Assembly: GCA_964016885.1 (NCBI GenBank)
Contig: OZ024741.1
Location: forward strand, 299,026,001-299,090,000
DNA: 64,000 bases
Origin: Eledone cirrhosa
Taxonomy: Eukaryota
Direction of reading: 5' to 3'
Below are positions 52,287-64,000 of this stretch, piece by piece; position 1 is the stretch's first letter, and each line of letters opens with the position of its first letter. The notes under the pieces are model-generated. The model was not told the DNA's origin and did no database searches. It worked only from the letters and a program-made list of their open reading frames with translations. The translations under genes were made by a program, and so were the position numbers.

Positions 52287-52713
52287 CTGAAAATAAAAAC
52301 TGCCACCAAATTAAAGCACAACCGGCCTGATATTGTTGTTTGGGACCACACATTGAAAACGTGTTCTGTTGTGGAGATCAGCTGCCCACTTGATGTAAAC
52401 GTTGTCAGAAAAATACAGGAGAAGGAGGACATCTACAGACCATTGATGAGGAGTTTACAAATCCAGTATCCAAGATACACCTTTAGCTTCATACTCATCA
52501 TTATTGGAGCTACGGGTTATATACCAACCCGCTTGGACCAAAGTATGACTGAACTTGGATTTGCGGACAAAAAGCGCAGCTCCCTAATTCATAGTCTACA
52601 AATGGTTGCGATAGCTGGCACCTTCAAAATTTGCAAAATATTCTTGCGATTCAAAGGATGACAATTTCTTTTCTTTTACAACCTTGCCACCAGGAAGGTG
52701 GCCGGTCAAAAAA
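52287..52713 (+). mobile_element. RLE-domain 3' fragment of another non-LTR family, within (TACA)n
   Basis: KHNRPDIVVWD..VVEISCPLD..EKEDIY..IIGATG. Confidence 0.75.
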
Positions 52714-53176
52714 ATATACTCGAAATTAAGAGAAAGAGATATACATACACGATGGCTGCCCCCTCGTTATCGAGTATGGCCATTGCACGATATATCATTA
52801 TTAATAATTGTTAATCAATTTTATCGTGCAATGCCTGTGCAAGAAGATTTTTTTTAAAGCGAGGAAAGACTGTGCGCTGAGCCAATCCCACTCTCTGACT
52901 GACACTAGCTATAACCCGAAAAGAAGAAAAGATCGATATCATCGGTAACTACTGAGCCGCAGATTTTATTTCGGTGTTATTTCAATTACCTGAGTTGCCT
53001 TCTCCTACAAGAATACCCCGGCAAATTTGGCTGATCAGTGGGTCTGCTAATATGCAGATCCGAATGATCAGCCCCAGACTGCTAATATGCAAATCAGGCC
53101 GATCCGATCAGTCACTGTATATTTCAGAAAATATCATAAATTTTCACTAGCTCTGACAGTTGGCCGGCAAGTAGTA

Positions 53177-53225
53177 AACTGCACTGATGAAGGGTAATCA
53201 CTCAGAAACGTAATTGTCTGCAGTT
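53177..53225 (+). ncRNA. Type I hammerhead ribozyme motif
   Basis: aactgca-CTGATGA-a gggt aatc actc a-GAAA-c gtaatt g-TC-tgcagtt: perfect 7-bp stem I and a GUC cleavage triplet. Confidence 0.8.
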
Positions 53226-53351
53226 CTGTTTGCATGCCAACACAAGAGCGGGAATCAGGGACTCATTCTACTGACATGCCTTATAAAAGAGGCTGTTTGC
53301 ATAATTGCAAACGAATCAAATATTATTATCAATATTCGAAAAACTCAGATT

Positions 53352-53406
<55 letters not shown>

Positions 53407-54019
53407 AACAATTAAGCAGTTAATTTTTTTAGATAATACTATTGACTGATTAATTGCTTAAGTTTATTTTAAAAACTACCCGGTCGAGAACTTAATTCGA
53501 TTTGTGTTGTTTTTGCAATTTTTGCATCGATTACACATAGTGAATTCATTTGCCAACATTTGGGGTTTTCTTCCCTGTAGAGTTACACATGTGCTTTCAA
53601 AACACTGTGTGATTCAAAACGCTGGCGTAGAACAAAATATCTGTTGAGAAAGTGATATCCTTGTTCGATCAATATACCAAAGGCTTATTTTTTTTAAGCA
53701 GACAGCATTATTGATTTAGGTGTCGCAGAAACCCTGAACTAGATTATACCATCATTTCCAGAGGGGGCCGTGTAAATATTTATTTCATATTTTGTTTGAC
53801 CCGTTTAGCTTGCTTCGTTTTTTGGCTTAGGTGGTTGATAGCTTCTTAACCGCCGTCTCAGTTTGTATGGCCTTTATAACATATGTTTATAGCTCTGGTC
53901 TCTTTTGGTCCATGGAGCGCTTGCCACAAAAATCGGAAATTGAGTTTTGGTTATTTCTACCCACCGAAATACGATTCTCGCTGAATTTATATTTGGATAT
54001 ATATATATATATATATATA

Positions 54020-54282
54020 TAATAATATATGTAGTAATGAACACAGTAAATCGTGTGTCTAACATTACGAGGGTTTAAATACCACAATTCTCAGGGCGAA
54101 ACAGATTAAATCCATAATCTGTCCGGGAGATGTAATAGTTATTGAGGCAGTCTGTATATATTTTATTTTGTTTTATATATATTCCGTTTGCTTCTGGTTA
54201 AATTTCTCAAACAAATGTGGTATTTCAACCCTCGTAATTTTAGACACACGATTTACTGTGTGTATTACTACATATATTATTA
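54020..54282. repeat. ~67-bp inverted repeat with ~130-bp spacer
   Basis: 54020-54086 versus 54216-54282. Confidence 0.75.
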
Positions 54283-54380
54283 AAATGGTCAGTATTTATA
54301 CTTTGAGCTTGTTAATTACAGGGTATCAGTATGAGTTATTAACTCTGCCTTGTATGTGTATGTATATATCTATATATATA

Positions 54381-54520
54381 TATAACGAAGGAAATGTGGT
54401 AAGGAACCAGATGGACCATAACGTACCAAAGTACACAATACTTAGGGTATTGAGTACTTTAGTCCAGAATTAGCCGTCGAAATGGCTTGAGCTCAGCCGT
54501 CGGGGTCCTACTCGTTCCTT
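54381..54520 (+). mobile_element. Short palindromic-family element, copy C (one arm only)
   Basis: Head GTGGTAAGGAACCAGATGGACCATAACG plus arm TAGCCGTCGAAATGGCTTGAGCTCAGCCGTCGGGGTCCTACTCGTTCC; between (TA)n tracts. Confidence 0.7.
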
Positions 54521-54562
54521 TATATATATATATATATATAAAAGTTATGCTCAAATCATTTT

Positions 54563-54613
54563 ATTGCTGACAATCGTTTCTTCAAAACTTTCGTTTGGTG
54601 TCATCGGAGAATT
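54563..54613 (-). ncRNA. Degenerate hammerhead motif
   Basis: Minus strand: attct-CCGATGA-caccaaac gaaa gttttgaa-GAAA-cgattg-TC-agcaat, then AATAAA; core U4 changed to C. Confidence 0.4.
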
Positions 54614-55231
54614 AGCAATGTTTGTACATAAAATTAACCTCCTATTCAACTGAACAATAATATAGATACATATATATTGATGTTGTGAACAACAGTTTCG
54701 TATTTGCAGGGCGTAATGGATGCGTCATATATTATACGAGAATTGTACAATAATTCAAATTAAAGTTAAAAGCACAGAGTTGAATATATGTGACAGATAA
54801 TAGAAGAGAGTAGTCTAATAATTAAAGAGGCATTGAGCAAGAATTAGGACACTAGTAGTACATATGCACGCGTGTGGCAAGTGCACATGCCTTAGTCATA
54901 TATATGAGAAGGAAACAAGCATAGGTATTAGGCATATATAAATACAGAATGGCAAATGTATCAAATAAAATACAAGCATATTAAGCAAATGTGTTAGTGT
55001 ATTAAAATTTAAGGTGGATGTAATGTAATGATAGTTTCTGTAGTGTTCAAGTTTGTATTTGTTGAGAGTATCAACGTTATTGTTTCCTGCTCTGTAAAAC
55101 ACCTAATGTTCTTACATTGAGCTATTTCTCTTACTGGTAATAAGGTAGTAATACATTACTGACGTTTCCTGTTTATAGTTGTTTATAGTATATACATAAC
55201 TATAAATAGTATCATTATTATATATATATAT

Positions 55232-56421
55232 TTTGGAAAGAGAGATATATTTTAACCTTAATTATATCTCATAAAATAATACAACTGGCTTTTCCACATA
55301 ATACATATTGTTAGCACCCCAAACACTTAAATTGGGTTTATATTAAAATATAACCTAATGTTTGTTGAGTGAGATGGTTACCAGTCAGAGATTAGCTTTA
55401 AACTATCTCTGTTATTGTATTAATATTTTACTCTTGATTGGCCAGAGGTGTTTATTTCCAGGTACCTTATAAATTTGACTTTCCGTATTTATTGCTGTTG
55501 TGCGATATTGTGGTTTTTATTGGTTGTAACTTCTCTGTTTTTTAGCCTAAGAAAACATATATATGCCTATGTATATAATTACATGCATACATTTATTTTT
55601 TTCAATTAATTGAGTTCTTTACACGAGGAATTGATATTAGTTTTGAAATAACTAATTAACCCGCGTGTGTTTTATATTTTACTCTTAATTCGGCCGGAGA
55701 TTTACATTCCCATTTGCCCTTTAAAGCATAACTTTCCGTATTTACTACGGTTACGAGATGCAGTTTCTTATTCAGGTACAACCTCTGATTTTAGCCTAAG
55801 AAAATATCAATATGCGTGTGTAATTTATACACGCATATATTTATTTTTTTAATTTCAATTGAGTTCTTAACACGTTGGATTGATAATGTTTTCGAAAAAA
55901 CTGATTAACCCGCGTGTATATTATTATTTTTTTCCCTCTTTTCGTGGATCGTAGTTGTCTCCCCTTCCCCCTTAGTGACGCTATAATACTTCCTCAGTCA
56001 AAAACTGCTGGAATTTCAAATTTGCCGGTCATTCGATGCGGGAAGGAGCAACTTAACAAGACACGATTTTTAACTGTGGTAAGAAATGTTTTTCTTATAT
56101 CAAAGTTTAATGGGCTTCCACTGATGATTTATAAGTGCCCACCTAAATATATTCTTACATGAACGTATATTAGGCTTCTACATAAACTGGAAATATTCTC
56201 CGAATTTGTAGAAAACTTATAATGAAACAATTGTTTGGAAAGAGAGATATATTTTAACTTTAATTATATCTCATAAAATAATACAACTGGCTTTTCCACA
56301 TAATACATAATGTTAGCACCCCAAACACTTAAATTGGGTTTATATTAAAATATAACCTAATGTTTGTTGAGTGAGATGATTACCAGTCAGAGATTAGCTT
56401 TAAACTATCTCTGTTATTGTA

Positions 56422-56426
<5 letters not shown>
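55232..56426. repeat. ~1-kb unit with ~193-bp direct terminal repeats, flanked by (TA)n
   Basis: 55232-55424 matches 56234-56426; internal duplication of about 55540-55670 and 55790-55920. Confidence 0.75.
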
Positions 56427-56496
<70 letters not shown>

Positions 56497-56498
56497 TA

Positions 56499-57074
56499 TA
56501 TACATGAATGTATGTATAGTATATTTGGTAATATACAGTATGTTTAATTAAAAACATTTTGAAGACCTTGCGCTATTATTTTAAAGTAGTGATTATGTCA
56601 CTTACTTCTTTTTTCAGCAAAGAAAGGGAGTGAAGCTGACAGATCTATTTCACACTGTTGCTGTTCCTCAAAGTGACGTACTTGCCGACCTCTGGCGAAA
56701 ATTATAGAGGCTGGATTCTTATAGATTTCCAGTAATAACCAGGAACTGATTATACAGAGCGATTGCCGGTCCAGCAAAAATTAAAAATTAGGATTGGGCT
56801 GGACCGGCAATCGCTCTGTATAATCAGTTCCTGATTATTACTGGAATTCTATAAGAATCCAGCCTCTATAATTTTCGGCAGAGGTCGACGAGTACGTTGC
56901 TCTGAGGAACACCAACAGTGTGAAACAGATCTGTCAGCTTCTCTCTCTTCCTTTGCTGAAAATAGAAGTAAGTGACATAGTCACTACTTTAAAATAATAG
57001 CGTAAGGTCTTCAAAATGTTTTTAATTAAACATAAAGTTTATTACCAAATATACTATACATACATTCATGTATA
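56499..57074. mobile_element. ~277-bp inverted repeat (foldback) with a hammerhead in each arm
   Basis: Arms 56499-56775 and 56798-57074, 22-bp spacer; embedded in (TA)n. Confidence 0.85.
56899..56938 (+). ncRNA. Type I hammerhead ribozyme motif with palindromic stem III
   Basis: gct-CTGAGGA-acac caaca gtgt-GAAA-cagatctg-TC-agc. The mirror copy at 56635-56674 (-) has TTGAGGA and is degenerate. Confidence 0.8.
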
Positions 57075-57101
57075 CATCGCTATTTCAGAGCACCAATCCT
57101 A

Positions 57102-59328
<2,227 letters not shown>

Positions 59329-59334
59329 TATTAT

Positions 59335-61040
59335 TCCTCCGTACCAGCATCCCCAGCTGTCGACCTGTTGACCGAACGAGTCCGAGCATCTAACTTACAC
59401 TGCTTCGGACTCACACACACGGACATCCACCAACTCCTCGACTTCCGTATCAACATCTCGGAAGAAGGAGACATAAACACCACCTTCTACCGCAAAGCAG
59501 CGTGCAAGGACTTATTTGTGCATTATAACTCAGCCCTCCCCAACAACGCTAAGAGAGGCTATGTCCTAAATGAACTGACACGGATCACTAACAGATGCAG
59601 CGACCCGATGGGTGGTCTCACCCATACCACGCAATTCCGTAATCTACTCAGATCTAATGGTTATCCCAAGCGACTGATTAACGGAATTAGAGACCCCAGA
59701 CCCAATAGACAGACACCCACTGGAAACTTAAATAAAAGCAGGTGCTTCTTTAAAATCCCCCACCTGAGTGAATATACCACGAACGCCATCCGCAGGGCCA
59801 TACGGACGGAGGGACTTGACATACATTTGGCCCACACAGGACCTTCGCTGCGAAGATGCCTCTCCAACAAACCCGACGAGTCAGATGGGACGTGTTCCCT
59901 CAGCAACTGCCCGATACGGGGGGAAGATTGCCTACGCACCTATGTCGTATATAAGATTCAATGCGATAAATGTAACAAGTTTTACATAGGTAGCACCATC
60001 CGACCCCTACATCTTCGTATCAAGGAACATATCAACACCAACGCATCTTCCTTCCGTAAACACATCCTTAAATGCGGAAACCCACAGGGTAGACCCTTGG
60101 TCACAGTCCTAGCGACTGAACGCAGCATCGGATCCTTAAGGATAAAGGAAGCACTTGTTATTAAGAACCTCAGACCCCCACTTAACAACCGGGCTGAGAG
60201 AAATGAGCTGACATGGCTAACTTAACCATAGTGACCATTCACAGCCTACGGCCTACTATCTTCACACACACGCACGTATATGCATACCCATACGCATACA
60301 CACACACATCTATATTTATACACGCACACATGTTTTTACAACCTACCACCTTTCACACCCTTTGATTTCCAGCTTCTACAGCCCACTATCTTTCACACAC
60401 ACACGCACTCACACATATACACACACAGTTACACACACATGTATACCCATACGCTTACACACACACATCCATATTTATACACGCACACATGTTTTACAAC
60501 CTACCACCTTTCACACCCTTTGATTTCCAGCTTCTACAGCCCACTATCTTTCACACACACACACACTCACACATATACACACTTACACTTATACACACAC
60601 AGTTATACACACATATTTTACGGCTTTCACACGCTAGCGCACCCTCTTGATTTAACCCATTTGGTCAGTAGCTTTTGCCACAGCCTATCACGCGCACGCG
60701 CACTCTTTCCCTCGTTTAAATTTTAAATAATTTTCTCCCCATAACGGCATTCCTGTCTTAACGACATCACAACTTTCTCCGCTTGGCCTGTTCCCCCCTT
60801 TTGGAACTTTCCCCCGTTGATGGGCGTGAGCCCGAAATATTGGGATTAAATCTCCACTACGGTAACCCTTCTACCTTTGTTTTGTTTTCATCTTTGTCTC
60901 TCTCAATTTTCACTTTCACCTGTTTCTCCTATCTATCATTCACCTCCTACCTCGAGATTTCCCTCTGCATTGTTGTGGCTTTCTTAACTACGTATTTTAC
61001 ACATTTCACAATGCTTCAAGCAAACTTTAACACCCTCTTA
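59335..61040 (+). mobile_element. 5'-truncated Penelope-like element, second family
   Basis: RT thumb (LLDF..FYRK..HYNSALP..NGYP) plus GIY-YIG; 3' region holds a ~159-bp duplication and a degenerate hammerhead at 60810-60845. Confidence 0.85.
59368..60225 (+). CDS. Penelope-like ORF C-terminus: RT thumb and GIY-YIG endonuclease (partial)
   Basis: CSLSNCP..DCLRTYVVYKIQCDKCNKFYIGSTIRPLHLRIKEH...IKEALVI..PPLN. Confidence 0.85.
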   Translation: MTERVRASNLHCFGLTHTDIHQLLDFRINISEEGDINTTFYRKAACKDLFVHYNSALPNNAKRGYVLNELTRITNRCSDPMGGLTHTTQFRNLLRSNGYPKRLINGIRDPRPNRQTPTGNLNKSRCFFKIPHLSEYTTNAIRRAIRTEGLDIHLAHTGPSLRRCLSNKPDESDGTCSLSNCPIRGEDCLRTYVVYKIQCDKCNKFYIGSTIRPLHLRIKEHINTNASSFRKHILKCGNPQGRPLVTVLATERSIGSLRIKEALVIKNLRPPLNNRAERNELTWLT

Positions 61041-61154
61041 TGTATATATATATATATGTGTGTGTGTATGTGAGTGTTTATATATATATACATATATATA
61101 TGGACCGTTAAGATCTTCTACCTGGAAATGTCAATATTTATAAAACAAACTTTG

Positions 61155-61215
61155 TATTTTATCTGATGAGAGTGTTCCAAAGATGTGTTACCCTTGAAAT
61201 ATATACAATAGAATA
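61155..61215 (+). ncRNA. Degenerate hammerhead in a short (TA)n-flanked element (family of 28453)
   Basis: tattttat-CTGATGA-..-GAAA-tatata-CA-atagaata; cleavage-site U changed to C. Confidence 0.5.
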
Positions 61216-61260
61216 AATATAGTTTTATAAATATAGTTTCCATATATTAATATCATTCAT

Positions 61261-61312
<52 letters not shown>

Positions 61313-61318
<6 letters not shown>

Positions 61319-64000
61319 ATACTTGGGGAGGTTCATATTTGTGTAATATTGCCAGAATTAATAACAGAACACACTAACTGTTTGGTTGGTTTTCGCTTCT
61401 CGCTGTCTTTTATATCGGTAATCTAACTTACTCGGTCCTCAATGTTGCCATTAACTGACCGACGGTGAAAAAATAATACAGATACAATATAGACACAAAC
61501 ACATATATATAGTTTATCATAAATCTTTCGTTGCACATCTGCAAGATCGTCAGTGGTGTTATATTTTCCTCCTGTTGCGTTGTATGTCTACGCCATTTTT
61601 ATTCAGTCTGTCTATATATTTATTTATTTGCTTGTTTGTTTATTTTATTTTGTTTTCTTTGCGCATGCGTTTGCGTGTGTGTATAGTGTTATGTTTGTTG
61701 TATGATTGGTGACTAGTGTGTGTTTATGTGCTTGTTGTTATTGTGCTTGTGTATGTATTTATTTATTTATTTATTTATTCATCTTATTTTATTTACTTAT
61801 TTATACTTCTCTTAGGTCAGTGTTGTTTGTTTGGGTGTTGTTGTTATTCCATTCATTCTTTCTGTTTAGCTTTGGTCTTCTAATTTCTATTTCACTGGCC
61901 TCTCTGATTTGCCTATCTGCTGGGACACTTCTATGTTTAGATATTATTCTAATTTCTATGTTGTCTATGTTACCGTCATGTTGTTGTCTAGCATGTTCGT
62001 ATAGTACTGACCCGTTATTTCGTCCATTTAGTTCCCCCCTGTGTTGGTTTATCCTTTCACCTATGCTACGAGCTGTCACACCTATGTATGTTGCTGTCAT
62101 GTTTCTGCAAGTACCCTCTGTACATCTTATGCTATAGACTACGTTTCTAGTTTTACAGTTTATCCGGGGGTTCACTTTACATATGATACATTTCCTATTG
62201 GTACAGTGGGTTTTCTTAAAAGGGTAGGTTTTGCTGATCAGGGATTTTATGGTGGTTCCTGGCTTTTCTACCACCTTTATTTTTAAGTGGGTCTTTCTCA
62301 GGGCTTTTTTCTACACTGGTTAGCTAATTTCCCTCCAGGGGTGGCGTCCACAAACATGACACTCTGGTATCTCTGGTTGTCGTACCATGAGGTGGCTTTC
62401 CCTATCTTATGTCTAGCCTTATCTTAGCTATTCCATGATTTGCTCCTGTATAATGGGCAAATTCCTTTCATGTCCAGTTCTATGAGGGTCTTATACTTTT
62501 CCATGGCTCCTTCGTATACTCTGACTCTGTCTCTTTGGTTGTAGCCAGAGAACTGCATGCGGTTGATGAAGTGTTGGATGTGTTTTTCCATTTCTGTTGG
62601 GTCGCACATGCGGGACACATTCTTCATCACTCGTACCACATCTGAAGATCAGAATATTAAACTTAGCACTACTGGACATTGCTGAGTTTTTGAGTATCAG
62701 GTATTTGGAGGCCATGGCTTTAGCATAGTGTGAGTGGAGAATTTGGGCTCTCTCGTCTATAGTGTTAATCTAGAGTTCCGTGTCTAATACAGGTAGTCTA
62801 TTTTTAGGGTGTTTGGAAGGGAAGTCGATAGTTACAGTTATACTAGTGGGGGTGTTCCTATAACTATATTGATATCGTCTACATAACGAGAGTACATGAT
62901 GAGGTCTATGGAGCTTTCATTAAGGAGATCTTTAAGTCTCCTTTCCCACCATACCATGAAAAGGTTGGCAACATCACCAGCTATGCTGACGCCGATAGCT
63001 GCTCCCTCATTTTGGGTGTAGATTTTCTCATTGAACTTAAATATGTGGCCCTTTAGGGTAGTTTTGATACTAGCCCCTATTGCATGTGCGACCATTTTTC
63101 TTACCTGATCATTGTTTTGGGGGGTCCGTATAGCTTTGGTCCACACAATCCACCTTCCCATGGGAGTCTTTTTTGCCATTGAGGTTATGGTGGGGGGTCT
63201 ACCTCTTATAGGTCTACTAGGGCAGAAACATCTAAGGTCATGGCTGTCTAGGTAGTCAGTGTCGTAGGTAAATCTAAGTAGGAGGCCCAGTTCGTCTGTG
63301 TCGACGTCGCAGAACTCCACCTCACTCTCAATGATCATCTCCACACATCTTTTCACAGCAAAATCAATGTTAATGGATGGGTACAGTGACACCACACCCA
63401 TGCTGCCTATTATTCAGTTGGATAGGCTCTTGTTTTTGTTGCACTCACTGATTCTGCTGAGGAGGTCCTCTGTACTGTCACATACATCTGGGGACATCTT
63501 GATTATGGGGGGTATAACCATTGAGAGGAAGTAGGAGATCCTGTAGTTGCTAGCTATATTAGCTCCGCATACGGGTCTTGTTGGTGGTCCTGTTGTCGGG
63601 TCGTCGACTGTCTTGTGGTCTTTGCGGAGCCCATACAAGGGTGGTATGCCATTGTTAGACGCCTGGAAGTTGTTGGCAGTGCGTCTGCTTGGCTTTAGGA
63701 TGTCAGTCCACATCATCATGTGAGCGTTGAGGATTCTTTCTCTCCCATCGTGTGTTTGTTGTGCAATTTCGCTCGTGTTGGTGATGTGGGGTTGCATAGC
63801 CTCGATGTAGTTCGGCATGCTATCTATTGACATCCTACCAGACTTATCCGTGGGCAGACACACTACCTCACCATCCCTTGTGCGCTGCTTGAGGCTAACC
63901 AAGCCTTCTACAGGTTTCCTCCCAAGTTGTTGGGCCTTTGGTCTGCTCTGTCTCTTAGTATACCTGTCTACTATTTGTCTAATCTTATTTCTATCTATGG
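61313..64000 (-). mobile_element. Penelope-like retroelement (RT plus C-terminal GIY-YIG), disrupted, runs off the window
   Basis: PTDKSG, LYGLRKDHK..PTRPV, VVSLYPSI, QNEGAAIG, RYVDDI, Cys-rich linker, VVYSIRC..YIG; degenerate hammerhead at 61516-61557. Confidence 0.92.

Overview
Eukaryotic, AT-rich, microsatellite-dense animal DNA with no recognisable host gene; the repeat landscape resembles a mollusc such as an octopus, which is inference only. The window is almost entirely mobile DNA. (1) 1.7-21.7 kb is a train of non-LTR retrotransposons joined by (AAT)n tracts: three R4/Dong-like RLE elements on + and two full-length Tx1 (L1-clade) elements on -, one of which has both ORFs intact. (2) 27.6-36.1 kb is a full-length but disrupted Helitron whose RepHel N-terminus is encoded by about 23 copies of a 69-bp minisatellite. 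(3) The rest holds Penelope-like (GIY-YIG) elements, RTE and RLE relics, tRNA-derived SINEs and MITEs. (4) I read about 16 type I hammerhead ribozyme motifs by eye (9 with an intact core). They include a non-coding ~556-bp tandem plus inverted array with one hammerhead per unit (retrozyme-like) and a hammerhead-bearing foldback. Other notable signals: the SINE 3' tail matches the Tx1 3' tail, and a 29-bp Tx1 stub carries an 18-bp target-site duplication. All alignments and folds were done by eye.
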